The translations under genes and the position numbers were made by a program. A DNA stretch of 64,000 nt from the human T2T-CHM13v2.0 reference genome, Homo sapiens: the NCBI RefSeq assembly GCF_009914755.1, contig NC_060947.1; one strand, written 5' to 3'. This document shows positions 1 to 21,430 of this stretch, piece after piece. Each line of letters begins with the position of its first letter. Within the stretch, counting starts at the first letter, position 1. The notes beneath the pieces were generated by a model. It was not told the DNA's origin and made no database searches. It saw only the letters and a list, made by a program, of their open reading frames with translations.

Positions 1-584
1 TCTAGGAGAAAAGGGCTCTTCTCAATACATAACCACAAGTCATCATCACACCGACAAGTGTAACAGTATTTCCTGAATAGCTTCAAATATCCTAGTAGTG
101 TTCAAAAAATGTCATACGTATTTTCAGTCTGCTTGAATCAGGGCTCAAATAAGGTCCACACATTCAGATTGACTGATATGCCTTTTGACTACCTTTGAAT
201 CTAGAGGTTCCCTTTCTATCTCCCTGCAATTTATTTGTGGAAGCAAGCAAGTCGTTCATGACGTAGCCTAACAGGCCCCTCTGACGTTGTTCATTATGAT
301 TTTTCTGTAAATTGGTAGTTGATCTGAGGATCTGGCCAGAGGCAGGTTGGATTTGTTGGTGTGTTTTGGCAAGGAGAGTGTCTCTTTTCTGGGGTGTTGG
401 CAGCTACTGAAACTCAATGCCCAGACCAATTAAACCACTGGGGATGGAAAATGACGGCATTCGGACACCTTACCCTGCCTTCACCTATTGGTGACCAAAA
501 CCTTAACATCTTCACAGGTCTTCTTACCCTGAGGGTATATGCCACTAGGTTGTGTAGTAAACCGGTGTGTTTCCAGTCCCTTAG

Positions 585-992
<408 letters not shown>

Positions 993-2024
993 TAAATTTT
1001 GTTTTATAATTATGTAATAAAACAGTTAAAAGTCTCAAATTAAAATCTAGAAAAGAAGGTGTATTTGAAGAAGTCTGGCTTCTCTGCGCCACCACCGACC
1101 GCCCCTTCCCTACCTGCCTGTATTTCCTCGAATCACTTTGCCTGGGAGCTGACTTTGATTCTCTTGCTCATTGCTTCATGAAATTCAGTTCCAGAACTTT
1201 CAGGAGGGAGGGGTAGGCCATGACACCAGCTCTAGTTACACTGGTGGCAGCTCCTGTCCCCTCCCCCACTGCTGCTGGGACCTGTTCTCTCCTTTGCCCC
1301 CTTGTCCCTGCACTGCCCAATTTGGACCGCAAGGGTTGCCAGGGAAGGGCACTGGCTGCCTTGTTTTCAGAGGTCGTAGCACCTAGATTGCTCCAGCCCC
1401 TTGCACTTGCCTGCAGGCCAGAGTGTCCCAAACCCTCCCAGTCTCAGCTGCTCTTCCCCAGTTCACCCAAGGTACTTCCCAGGGAAGAGCTGCCGACAGT
1501 TTGGGGGTTCTCTGTTCTTAGGTTCATCAGCAACCCCATTGCTCCCCTCTGCTTCCTTCTGCACGGAGACTGACGCCATGCAGGTCTTCAATTGTCAATG
1601 GTCTGTCCCTGCTGCTCATACTGGGGGTTCCTGGGGAGCCAGTGCCAGGTATCGGGATTGCAGACATTGTCTGTGGGTTTCCAGAAGCTCCTTGTGTTAG
1701 GAACATATGGGGCCCGTGCACAGAGGGCAGCAGAGGCCTTGTGGGATCCAGCTGTGCTAGGGGTGAGATTTATCTGTCTCTCCTGGCCATAGCCAGGAAA
1801 TCCCCATTTTTCTTAAGCTAGCTTGAGTTGGGCTTTTCTAACACACAGCTAAAGAATCTCTTGATAAACCTTGGGACTCTCCATGAGGCCTTATATGGCA
1901 GCAGGTCTGTGGCTTGCAATCCCTTCAAGTAATCTGCCAAAAACAATGTTATGACGAAGGTCCTTCCAACACAAAAGGTGTAGAGCCCTAGCAAACTCCT
2001 ACAGAAGAAAAAGGAGAAATAATT

Positions 2025-2330
2025 CGTTTGTAGTCCCAGCTACTTGGGAGGCCAAGGTGGGAGGATCACTTGAAGTCAGGAGTTCGAGACCAGCCTAGGC
2101 AAGATAGCCAGACCCCATCTCTACAGAAATAAAAAAAATTGCCATTGTGGTAATGCACGGCTTGTAGTCCCAGGTACTCGAGAGGCTGAGGCAGGAGGAT
2201 CGCTTGAGCCCAGGAGGATCGCTTGAGCCCAGGAGTTCCACGTTGCAGTGAGCTATGATTGTGCCACTGTACTCCAGCCTGGGTGACAGAGCAAGACTTT
2301 GTCCCAAAAAAAAAAAAAAAAGAAAAGAAA
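2025..2330 (+). mobile_element. Alu with internal 19-bp tandem duplication
   Basis: Alu motifs and A-tail; CAGGAGGATCGCTTGAGCC twice at 2192-2229. Confidence 0.85.
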
Positions 2331-2349
2331 GAAAGGAAAAGAATAAAAG

Positions 2350-2945
2350 AGAAATTACCATAGATTGGGTGGCTTTTAAATGATAAATTTATTTCTCACA
2401 GCTCTGGAGGCTGGAAGTCAGGGTGCTAGCGTGGTGGGCTCTGGCGAGGACCCTCTTCCTGACTGCAGATTGCCAACAACTCATTGTATCCTCACATGGA
2501 AGAAAGAGAGCTAGAGAGCACTCTAGGGACTCTTTTTCTTGTTTGTTTTAATTAAAAAAAAATTTTTTTTACATGGGCATGCCATGTTGCCCAGGTTGGA
2601 TTTGAACTCCTGGGCTCAAGCAACCCTCCAGCCTCAGCCTCCCAAAGTGCTGGGATTACAGGCATGAGCCACCATTCCCAGCTAATTTGGGCTGTTCCCA
2701 AAGGCTCAAGTGATCCTCCCACGTTGGCCTCCTGAGTAGCTGGGGCTACAGGCGTGAGCCACCATGCCCAGCTTCTAGGACCTCTTTTATAAGGGCACTA
2801 ATCCCATTCATGAGGGCCCCACTCACTCTGCACACATGACCTAAATGACCTGCCAAAGGCCCCACCTCCTAATACCATCACCTTGGGGGTTGGGATTTCA
2901 ACACAGAAATTTATGGGGGGCACGTACATTCAGATCATCATGAAC
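2350..2945. mobile_element. MLT1-type MaLR LTR interrupted by Alu fragments
   Basis: TTTATTTCTCACAGCTCTGGAGGCTGGAAGTC and TAATCCCATTCATGAGGG...TAATACCATCACCTTGGGGG motifs. Confidence 0.75.
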
Positions 2946-3379
2946 AGTAACTCCTATGTGTGACAGAAGGTGACAGAGGTGGGTAGTGGTCTTCCCCTCA
3001 AGGGGGTGAGTTGCCACTAGCTGGGGAATCTTCTGGAAGGCAAATGCATATGAGCTGGGCTTTACAGGAGGCAAGCGTTTCTCTATGGAAGGGCAGAGGA
3101 CTGTGGGAGGTAGGAGGTGGGGCTGGGGCAAAGGGAAGAGGGGAGCAGGGAAGTGGGGTGACTGCACACTGGGAGTGGGGAATCAGATGGAGGAGACGAT
3201 GAGGAGTTCTGTTAAGTTCAAGATGCCAGTGCCAGTGACCAGCGGGCGATGGTCTCTGGCTTGAGGGACAGGATGGAGGGGAGACTGTCTGAGGATGGAC
3301 AAAGCTGGAGGGAAACAGCCAATTGCAAAGGCAGGAGGGCGGAAGGGGGAGGGGAGAGGTGGGATCAGCACTGGTATAG

Positions 3380-3823
<444 letters not shown>

Positions 3824-4844
3824 TAGGCCTGTCTCCCTCCACATCTGCGCCTCACATCCATATACTGAAGGGTTCTGGAGGCTTCCATCTGAACACTCAC
3901 ATTAAATTCAGCTCCCTTGAGTCAAACATACCCTGAGTTCCTACTCTTGAGTCAGGCTCTGCCCGGGGACAGCCAGTTTGGAGCTGTGGGGCTGGTGTGG
4001 GAGGAGACAGATACAGAGCTAGACAACCCCAGAACAGTAGGGGGGCGGGGACTCTGGGCACCCTGGACAGAACTCCCCTGCAATTAGGGATGCCTGCTCT
4101 TTCAGCTCGCCAGCATCTGCTTTTCCCGGAGGAGACACAATTCCCAGATCCTCTCCCCATCCCCATCACTAATATCTCTGTGGGCCACTATTCCGCTCAG
4201 GTCAGGAGACAGTGGCGGAGAGGTACTAGCGTGCCAGGCTCTGTGCTAAGGAGGGGGCCCTATAGCCAGACGGCAACCACACAGTACCATCATCAGTCCT
4301 CTCAGACAAGAAGGGGCCTGGGGCAGGTGGTGGAGGAGCGGCTGGGAGCAGTTTGTGGTTCGAGTGGATAGAGTACCACCAAGCAGCCGTGGCTGCTGGA
4401 CACGAGGTGGGCAGGCCCAGGTCTCAGAGGCCTCAGACGTCATGCCCAGGAGCTGGGACTTTCTTTCAGGAGGAGGAGACCCCACATCCAGCAGCAGCAG
4501 CTCCTGCTCTTGCCTCCCCACCACTCTTAGCAGCCTCCCCAACCCCACCCCGTTAACTGCCTCAAATTGTACCCACGATGGCCCAGACCAGAGAGGGTGC
4601 TTGTCCAAGTCCCGGCACTACCCCGATAGTGTAGAAGGGGAGCCAAGGGAAGGTCAGGCAGAGAAGGTCCATCCCCGGGTCCGAGTGCTCTCTGCAGCAG
4701 GCATGGCCTCGGTGGTCACACGACCCTTCCCGAGTGCCCCCCTGCATCTCCGCCCACGTCTGTCTCCGTTTCTGCCATGGTCTCCCGCTCACCCTTGCCT
4801 CTGCTCATGGTCTGTTCTTGGGTCAGTCAGGTGCCAAGCAGCCA

Positions 4845-5885
<1,041 letters not shown>

Positions 5886-6639
5886 TAAGGGTGCGAGGAC
5901 GCAAGATGGAGTGGGCAGGGTCAGACTCTGTGACCTTAAGGCAAATCACTTCCTTTCTCTGGGCCCCTCTGAGCGTGCAATGTCTATCAATGTATGAATG
6001 TGGCTGCAACATAGGAAAGGCTCTGTGGTCCCCGAACCTCTGGAAACATATTTATCCCAAGCACGATCAGGTCACAGGCGCACACGGAGCTCAGGCCATC
6101 AGCACAGCTGTCAGTGAACGCATAGCGTGTTTGCATTCCAGGTCTCTTTCTTGCACACGCTGCCGCACCACGCCCCCCACCTTTCAGAGGCTGCTTGGGT
6201 CATAGATCCACCTGGGCCTACAGAGCACATGTCCTGGCCAGGCCAAGCAAGTGGCTCAAATGTTTGATTGGAGTGGACTGGGTGGGACAGCATTTCACTG
6301 TTTTATCGACAAGCTCGTGAATAAGTTCTCGTGGTGTTTGGAGAGGGAATGTTCTTTCCTCGAGAACGTTCCACAATTCTAGGAAACAAACCTTGTGGAA
6401 GCCTGTCTCTGTCTCCCGCCCTCCTCATGCCGCCATGCCCCACACAGCTGCCCGTTATCAAACATGTGTGGTGAGCTGACCCTGGTGGAGGCTCTCCCGC
6501 GGGTTATCTCATTTAATCCTCCAGGCCACTAAGTGAGCAGGGCCCTTTATTTCAGTCATGGCCTAGCTGACCTCAGATAAAAGACTCAGCTCTTCATGGG
6601 TGTTCTCAGAAGGTCAGGGCAAGAAGGAACCTCACAATC

Positions 6640-7578
<939 letters not shown>

Positions 7579-9069
7579 TGAGTCCACTGAGACTCCTAAA
7601 CTATTTTTCCAAAAATCCTTAGAGAAGAGGATTTTACCCCTATAAGAAAATATTAAGATCCAGCGATGAGAATCAGGTGATTCCTTTGGGACTGTACCAG
7701 TGGCTGCAGGTTCAGCCCCAGCCCCGTTGTCCTCAGCTCTGTGAGACGGGAAAGCACTGCCACTCCCTCCCTGGAGGAGTCCACTAAGGGAACAGAGGTG
7801 TGCCTTGCCCCGACCCTGGACAGTTCTCCCCGGGGTGGAAAGGCTGCCTTTCCCACAGAGTAGAGTGGAGCAGCCACATCAGCAAATGACACCTGCAAAT
7901 CAAGGCGTGTTTTTATGAGGCTGCCACCGGAGTACCCTTGTCCTTTTCATAGGCTGTGGGGCCGACCAAGGAGTGGACCCGAGAGTGCCATTTGCCCCCC
8001 TGACCCACTCTCCACCTCCATGTCTGGCCCTCTGCCCTGGGAAGCTGATCCTGTCCACAGCCGTCACCCCCCACCCCTAGACTAGGCTACCACTGGGAGC
8101 CCTTCAGGAAGTCAGAGCAAGGGAGGAGAGCCAGGCTGGTTCTTTTCTGTTAGCAGTGGGAGCCCTTTCAGGGTGCTGGCTTTCCTATATGAAGCTGCCT
8201 GTGCCCACAATTGGATGGGCATGCCTGCCAAGCTCTCTCTAGAGGAGTCTGTGAGCCTGTGAAAGGCCCCCTCACCCCGTCACCTTGGGGTGAAGGCTCC
8301 CACAGGTACCCAACCATGGCTTCGGCTGTATTAGTCTGGGATGGTAGAGCCCCAGCTCCACAATGTGGCCCCGGCTCTGCTGTCTCAGCCATCCCTGCAT
8401 TCCAGCCCTCACACTCCCTCTCTCATCCCCACTCATCTGCCTGCCGCCAGTCCCTCATCCCTGGCAGGTGGTGGCTGGCCTCTGGCCTCCCCCACAGTGC
8501 CTCTGCCTGGAGGCCATTCGTCTCCTTCCTCCCAGCAGGCATGAAGGAGCCACCCCACCAAAGCTGCCCTCAGCTGCCTCACCGTGAGTCCAGGGCAGGA
8601 TTTAGTCCACAGAGTGGCCAACCTGGCCTAGGAAGCCTGAGGGAAGTGTATGCATTGCTCTGACACTCCCATCGCGCACCCCGCCAGCCACTGCTTTTGC
8701 CTCCCCCGCCATCTCCACCTTGTTAACTCCTTCATTCTCCACGCCCAGTCATCAATCAAATCAGGCCTCCATGCTCAGGCCTGAGCGCAGGACAGGACAG
8801 TCTGTTAAGGGATCAGGTGAAGCAAAGGAGCTTGTTAGATCCAGCTCTGGGGTCATCTTAGGCCACACCTAGCTGCATGCCACCTCCAATTCTAGAACTC
8901 CCCCAGGGCCAGCCTGAGGCAGCCATGTCTGCCTGGGGCCGGCTGTGCTCCACTCAGGGCTGGAAGATGGCTGCTGGGCTCCTCTCCTCCTCCCCACAAC
9001 TCCCTATGCCTGGGTCACCTGCCTCTTGCTGCCCTCCAACCCCCGACTCACTATCCCTGTCTCCCTTAG

Positions 9070-9354
<285 letters not shown>

Positions 9355-11039
9355 TAGAAGGGTGCAGTGATGGCCCCACCTGGAATCATGTCTCTGATAA
9401 GAAGCCCGCGGAGCATCTGGGGGACCCTCCAGGGAAATGACCGGGAAAGGCTCAGCGTGTGACCCAGCCCCAGCCAGAGCTCCGGCTGGCCCTTAGCAGA
9501 AGGCTTAGGTGTGCCCTCTGGAATCCTTTATAGTCTCGGCCTGAGGGTGGCATTTCCCAAAGCGTCTGTGTGCCGTGTGCTCTTCCCTTCCGGTGGCCCT
9601 AGAACTATGGCTGCCGAGCTTCAGGGGCTCTCCTGGCGTTCAGACGCTCTAGGAGTTGGTGAGCCCTAGGTACATCCACCCTAGGTGTGCCCCTCTTCTG
9701 TTCAGACTCGACCCTTCTCAACCTTCATCTCTCCATTTTCAAACCGTAACCTCTGGAATTTGTCTTCCTATAAGAACAAAAGCCGGCCCTCCTTGGCTAC
9801 ACTGACCAAGAGTTCAAGAGCTTTCACGAGTTCGTGGGTTAGTTCAGGGGGGACGTGCTGTGGTCCTGCCCAGAGGCAGCCTCCTTAGCTGGCATATTGG
9901 GCCTCAGCAGCAAGCTGCTCACACACCTAAATCCCCCCACCTCCTGCAGGTTACAGGCTTCATTAAAGCGCAGCTGTGATGTGACTTGATGGTGGCCAGA
10001 AAGGTGTGCAGAGGCCTCCCATTTCACCAGGCCCAGTCCATCCCTTCCACTGGGCTCTTCCTTGCTTCTCCATCTTAGAGCCACTCAATGGCTCCAGCCC
10101 CTTTGGCTCAGCTTTGACTCACACAAGCCAAGTCTGCAGAGTTCATTAAGGGTTCATTCTCTCTGGTAACTTTTAAACAGTAAGTAGGACCAGGCCTGCA
10201 GTGGATTTCCGGGAACTCGCTGTAGCACACTGATGCCCAGAGTGTAGTTCTATCCCTGACCCCTGTTTCCTGACTTTCATGAGGATCTTTTTTAGGTTTC
10301 TGGAATCCTAAACTATCTTGCCAAGTACTGTCTTTACTGGATTATTTCCATTCTCCTTTCCAGAACTCCCCCTGGACAGGGGGAGACAGATGTCTGCACT
10401 TCTGGACCTCACCAGGCCTCGAACTTTGCTTTTACCCTTTCCACATAATTATCCTGTCCTGCCACATTCTGAGAGAATTTTCTGGAACGCAGTTCCATGA
10501 AGACAGCAAATTTTGCTCAGGACAGAGTCTGGCACACAGTGGGTGCTCAAGCAGCAGCTGCTGAATGGATTCCTCAGCCCTATCTCCCAGCTCTTCAGCC
10601 GAGCTGATTCTGCTGTTTGTCCCGTTTCTTATGTTATTAATTTCAACCATTATATTTTTTATTTTTGAGAGTTTTGATGATAGAGGGAGTTAGAGCTAGT
10701 CAAGAGTAGGCCTGAAATATTTAGAAAATGCCTTTGGTCTGGGTCCTCAAAGCATTGTGGTTACTTCAGGGATGACACAGGACATGATTTGAGACATTCA
10801 TATGGCCCAGATCTCTTTGGGGTGAAGCAGCAAAGACAGACCCCTCCTGGTACCGGAAGACGCTTGGCTGGAGAGATGAGGTAGGGGCTAGATTGTCATT
10901 ACCTAGGCCTCACCTTGCCCCAGATCCATGGACTGGAAAAAACATGACAACCACATGCCTTTTCATTAATATTCCTCCGAGCCGCTCACCAGACAGTCTG
11001 GGGACAGGTCACCACTGCCCCTTAGCTGTCACTGTGGAT

Positions 11040-11400
11040 GAGTGTCATGGGGCTGCCGTCACAAACTACCACAAACTCAGTGGCTTCAAACCACAGAAAT
11101 GGATTCTCTCAGGGTTCTGGAAATCTTGAGTCTGAAATCAGGGTGTTGGCAAATGGAAAGGTTCCCTATGGAGGCCGGGAGGGAGAAGCAGCTGCAGGGC
11201 TGCCGGCAGTCTTTGGCGTTCCTTGACTCCAAGGTGTGTCACCCCAGTCTCTGCCTTCATCTTCACGTGGCCTTCTTCCCTCTGTCTGCGTGTCCGTGTC
11301 CAAGCGTTCCTTTTCTTATCAGGACACCAGTCATTCGATTAGGGCCCACCCTGCTCCAGTGTGACCTCATCTTAACCTGAACACATCTTTTGGGGGACCC
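11040..11400. mobile_element. MLT1-type MaLR LTR in opsin intron 5 (paralog ~48156-48516)
   Basis: ACAAACTACCACAAACTCAGTGGCTTCAAACCACAGAAAT...GATTAGGGCCCACCCTGCTCCAGTGTGACCTCATCTTAAC. Confidence 0.8.
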
Positions 11401-11573
11401 ACTTCAACCCAGTGTAGTCACCATCAACTGCTAAGTCAGATGACATCCCCGCGTGTGAGGGAGAAATAATCCAAGCCTTCCTCCATCCCCCATGGGATTC
11501 GGAATGGGTGAAGGGAAGGCTCGGGCACGTACATTCAGCACAGTGCTCCACCCTTCCCTGCTCTGCTCAATAA

Positions 11574-11702
<129 letters not shown>

Positions 11703-11777
11703 GGTCTGCCTCCTACCCATCCCGCCCACCGGGGCTTTGGCCACCTCTCCTTTCCCCCTCCTTCTCCATCCCTGTAA

Positions 11778-11783
11778 AATAAA
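11778..11783 (+). terminator. Polyadenylation signal of opsin copy 1
   Basis: AATAAA 75 nt after the stop codon. Confidence 0.8.
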
Positions 11784-12132
11784 TGTAATTTATCTTTGCC
11801 AAAACCAACAAAGTCACAGAGGCTTTCACTGCAGTGTGGGACCACCTGAGCCTCTGCGTGTGCAGGCACTGGGTCTCGAGAGGGTGCAAGGGGGATAAAG
11901 AGGAGAGAGCGCTTCATAGACTTTAAGTTTTCCCGAGCCTCATGTCTACCGATGGCGTGAAAGGATCCTGGCAAAACAGAAGTGTGAGGCAGGTGGGCGT
12001 CTATATCCATTTCACCAGGCTGGTGGTTACATAATCGGCAAGCAAGAGCTGTGGAGGGGCTTGCTGGATGCCCTCAGCACCCAGGAGGAGGGAGGGAGCT
12101 AGCAAGCTAAGGCAGGTGGCCCTCCTGGCCCC

Positions 12133-12489
12133 TTAAGGTCCATCTGCTGGAGGCCCAGAGTCCTTGGAGTACAGTCTACACCTGGAGGGGACCCATTCCT
12201 GCCAGTCTGTGGCAGGGATGGCGCGCCACCTCTGCCAGGCCAGGACCCCAAGCCCGATCAGCATCAGCATGGTGCAGGTGCACAGGCGTGAGCTGATCAG
12301 TGACGAGGGGCAGGCACACAAGGTGGAGACAAAGACCAAGAGGACGGTTGCCAGTGAGAGGCGCGGACTCAGGAACTTGAACAACATCTGCGGGGGACGG
12401 CTTTGGAGGTGCTCCGCTGCCTCCAGTTGGGTGACTTGCTGTAGCATCTCCAGCTTGGATATTCGGCTCTTGAAGGTCTCCGTGATCTC
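12133..12489 (-). CDS. TEX28: TEX28 copy 1, last exon coding part (two hydrophobic TM-like segments)
   Basis: CAG|GAGATCACG...TAA; EITETFKSRISKLEMLQQ...LATVLLVFVSTLC...MLMLIGLGVLAWQRW...GPPADGP*. Confidence 0.93.
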   Translation of the reverse strand, partial: EITETFKSRISKLEMLQQVTQLEAAEHLQSRPPQMLFKFLSPRLSLATVLLVFVSTLCACPSSLISSRLCTCTMLMLIGLGVLAWQRWRAIPATDWQEWVPSRCRLYSKDSGPPADGP

Positions 12490-13108
12490 CTGCAGGAGAC
12501 GAAAATGCACGCACCAGAAGTCAGCACAGAGTTGTGGTCGTTTATTGAGTTCTTAGGGGTGAGCAGAAAGCACTGTGGAGTGGGTATTCGAGGAGGGAAG
12601 CAGAGAGCCTAGAGCACATTCAGGGCAGAGGGGAGGGCGCAGGCTCTCCAGCAACAGGGAAAGCTTCATCTGACCCGGCTGCACTCCCCCATCCACTGTC
12701 TCCCGAAGCTGAGGACCTGGTCAAGACACAGCTACCCAGGGACGGGGGTGGGCGCTATGGGAATGGAAAAGTGAGGAGAGGGAAGCCAGGTCTAAGGAGG
12801 GGTTCTGAGAGGGCGCTCCCTACACCTGCAGCCGCAGCAGAAGCAGCTCCACCCCAGATCTCCCGAGTCAGAGGCTCACGGGTGAGCACTGCAGCACCAG
12901 AGTGGCAAAAGCAGCTAAGCCAGATGGTGGGAAGCGGAGCGTGAGTGTAAAGATCAGATGCTGCTAGCTCTGAAACAAATGTGTGTGGCCATCGAACCCT
13001 CAGGAGGGGGCAGCTCGAGGACCCGTGTCTTGCTTTGGTTTGGGGGTATCAGAATAGATTCGCTCATCCCTCCAGTCTTCTTGCAAGGCTCCCCCAGGAG
13101 GTTCTCAC

Positions 13109-13244
13109 CCATATTTCCTTGGCTCTCTCATAGGATAGATAGGCCATTCTCTCTTCGCTGCAGGCCAGATTGTGTTTGAGGTTGTAAATCTCATTCAGCT
13201 GTCCCTGCAGGCGACCATTCACCTGTTCTTCCATCAATGCTTGC
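13109..13244 (-). CDS. TEX28: TEX28 copy 1, exon 4
   Basis: 136 bp, AG/GTGAG bounded; QALMEEQVNGRLQGQLNEIYNLKHNLACSEERMAYLSYERAKEIW (TMCC-family-like coiled coil); phases match both neighbours. Confidence 0.93.
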
Positions 13245-13649
13245 CTTGGGAGCAAAAGAGAAAGTGAGATTCCTTCAGTACCTCATCCAGAGCTCATGCC
13301 AACAGCGAGCGGTCCTGACCTAGACTAGATTCGGGTTCAGCTTCTGCCTTCCTCCCCGCTCCCCAGGCTCTAGGGAAAGCCTGCCTCCCACTCCAGGTCT
13401 GCCTGGGAACACCCCAAACACACACCAGCCACACGCACACCAATATTCATATATATTTTATATGTAGTTACTCTTTTGTAACAGCTTTACAAAAATAGCC
13501 ACAGACTAGAAGTTGTAGAAATGACAGTGTGAACTATCTGTGTGTGCTCTTCAGTTCCGCAAATCCCCCAGGACCAGTGTTGAGCACGAAGTCTAGCCTG
13601 CAGTTTAGCCTGCAGTTACTCTATAGAAACATGGTGACTATAAGGATTG

Positions 13650-14690
<1,041 letters not shown>

Positions 14691-15924
14691 AATCACTACC
14701 TGTTGTGTATATAATTATATAAGTAGTAAAAGTATAAAACCATGCATGGAAAAGATAAGCACCCAAATGAGAATGGTGAGGCCAGTATAGCAAGGCCAGA
14801 ATAGCAAGGAAGGGAGATGGTGCTGGAAAGGGGTAATGAGGGCTTCAACAGAATATTTTAAAGTTTTATTTCCTAAAAAAATAAGATTTGAAGTGAATAT
14901 GGCAAATGTTAAGATTTCAGAAAGCTGGGGCTGTTAATTATGTTATCCTTACATTTTCCCTTTGCTTGAAATACTTCATAATTTAAAAACTTCTATGAAG
15001 TTCCCCTTTTGGCACCACAAAGAACGGGCCAGAAGGACAGAGGCCAGGGGGCCAGTGAGGGGGCTCTGGCACCACCGCTTACGTAGAAGAGAGAAGGCAC
15101 CAGAGCGTGATGGAACCCATAGACTGGCAGGGCTGCCGCCCCAGGAGGCCCAGGAGGGTGGCGGCAGGCCTCAGGTGCAGGAGGTCTAAACGGTGGTGCT
15201 GACAGAGACGGGGAAAACAGTGACGACTTCTATTCGGTCCCACTCCAAGGACTTGACCAACACCCACACGGAGAAATCCCCCGGGCACTGAATAAGCTGA
15301 CAGCTCATTTGTTGAAAGCCAATTTGTCAAAAGCTGGTTCCTCGCAGCATTTCAAGGAATATTCCATTTGTCTCTGCCCCAGGTCCCTGTTAAGAAGAGA
15401 GTCGGTGGACAACATGGACTAGGCCACTGCTCACAGAGAGGGGGAGTGGGTCGGCAGGATGGTCACCCCGAAAATAGATTCCTCATTACTGTCTTTCCAT
15501 TTACATGAATGATCTAGCTGTGAGAACATTCAAGATTTTAACTGTCCTCAGGAATATGAAGTCAATCTTCATCAATGTATTGGTAAAGATACATGAAGAT
15601 ATTCTTCAGTGCATTCTTGAAGAGTCTCTTCAGATGTCAGTAAACAATATTTTCATAAGGATATTCTCTCAGTCTCCCCTTCTCTCTGGCCCCCATCTCC
15701 TGGCCCTCTGGCAGCCGCGCTCCCTTCTCTTCCTTGGTCAAGGACCCCCCTCTCTCCACCTCCTACAGTCACAGAAGCAAATGGACAACTCTGGAGAATG
15801 CTCTTATGAACACAAAACGATGACCAGTCAACCCAGACACCCTCAAGACAGACCGAAGGTGTTAAGACCACCCTCTCCAACACAAAGTGTTCTAAACTTT
15901 ATTGTTTTTTTCAAAATAGTGTTG

Positions 15925-17480
<1,556 letters not shown>

Positions 17481-18095
17481 AGAGGAACCAGTTCAGAGAG
17501 CAGATCAGACCTTAGGTCAGACCTCCTCAGAGATCCCAAGATGCAGGATGCTGTGACATGGAGGAGAAGTCGGGGAAAAAATGGAAGTTAACACGACCCC
17601 AGCCTGCAACAAAGCCCTAAGCAGATACCTTGAGGAAAGTCAGCCCGAGGCTGGATCCCTGGGGCTGAGAGGTCACAGAGCAACACTGAAGCCTCTAGGA
17701 ACCATAGCCTGTTATCTCCAAGCCTCGTCTGAAAGCGAAACATACCAGAACAGTCTTGGGACAGAGGAGCTAGGGTCTGGATGCCCCCAAGGACCTCGTG
17801 TCCAGGAGGGAAAGAAAAACATGGAGACCTGGCATATTCACTTCCGGGCGTTTTCAATATGACAGGAGGCTATAAGAAAATTTCACGACTGCCCACTTGT
17901 GGATACAGCCAGAAATACAAAGCAAGAGTGAAAGTTTTGCCTACTCGGCACCTGAGTAGCTTCTTTTTTATTCAATTTTTATTGAGGTAAATTTCATGTA
18001 ACATAAAATGAATTATTTTAAGGTGAACAATTCAGCGGCATTTAGCACATGTGGTGTTGTGCAACCACCATGGCTATTAATAGTTCCAAGACATT

Positions 18096-18921
<826 letters not shown>

Positions 18922-19613
18922 TAAATTCAGTTCCATCAGCATCTACTTGGGGCTTACACACAAGTATTAATTAATTCTCACAACAGTTCCAACAATAGTG
19001 GGATCATTTTTACCTCCATGTTACAGATGTGGAAACTGAGGATTGCAAACTTGAAGCACCTCGTCCAAGGTCATTCAGTAAATACCTTGCAGAGAGGAGG
19101 CTGGGCCAGGCCTAAATCCAGAATCAGCCCTCCTGGCCCTGCCCTGATGTTCCCAAGACACAGCAGATAGAGTTCTGACATACATGGAGGAGGGAGGCAG
19201 CCCAGAGGGCGAGCTGGGTCCCTTCAGGAAGGGAGGAAAAGCAGCATCCAGACTGATCCATGAAACAGGTACTCACAGAACAGCCATCATGTGCCAACAT
19301 GTCTTTGGGCAGTCACTCAGACACAGTGGCCGACCTGAATGTGCTGATATTTTGACGAGAACAATACAACACAAATGAATACCTACACAAGGGAGAGCAG
19401 TTTAGGCGGTGAGTGCTGCGAGAAAGGAAAAAGTAGGGGAGTGACAAAGACTGGTCCGGAGTATATAAAGAGCTCTGACAACTCAACAATAAAAAGACAA
19501 TCCAAGTTGAAAACAAGCCAAAGACTTATTGGCTGATAAGCACATGAAAAGGGGTTCAGCATCATTAATCGTCAGAGGCAGGGTCACACACCCACTAGTC
19601 TCATGGGCTAGGA

Positions 19614-20657
<1,044 letters not shown>

Positions 20658-20798
20658 GGCTAGGGTGATGAAATTTTGGAGTCTAATTTCACCAAGTTGT
20701 GGCTGAACTTAAGAGGCTGACATTTAAAAGACTGATCTTGCCAAACGTTGGCAACTGGAACTCTTATACACTCCTAGCGGGACTGTAAAATGGTATAG

Positions 20799-20993
<195 letters not shown>

Positions 20994-21143
20994 TAGTAGA
21001 GACAGGGTTTACTCCATGTTGTTCAGGCTGGTCTCGAACTCCCGACCTCAGGTGATCCGCCTGCCTCAGCCTCCCAAAGTGCTGGGATTACAGGGGTGAG
21101 CCACCGCGCCCGGCCTTCCTCTTTCTTAAAAAGTTAAGCATAC

Positions 21144-21430
21144 TGCTATGGGGTACATGTCCCCCCCAAAACTCGTGTTGAAATTTAATGGCCATGTGAT
21201 GGTGTTAAGGGGTGGGACTGGTAAGAGGCGATTAATATTAATATTGTTATCATGAAAGTTTGGCCCCCGCTCGCTCTCTCACGCCCTCTTGCCCTTCTGC
21301 CTTCCGCCATAGGATGATGCCGTACAAAGGTCCTCACCAGCTGCCAGCGCCTTGACATTGAACTTCCTTTCTTTATAAACCACCCAGCCTGCGGTACTCT
21401 GTTACAGCAACAGAAAGTGGGACTAAGACA
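21144..21430 (+). mobile_element. MST-type MaLR solo LTR
   Basis: TGCTATGG...CCCCAAAACTCGTGTTGAAATTTAA start; ...GTTACAGCAACAGAAAGTGGGACTAAGACA end. Confidence 0.75.
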
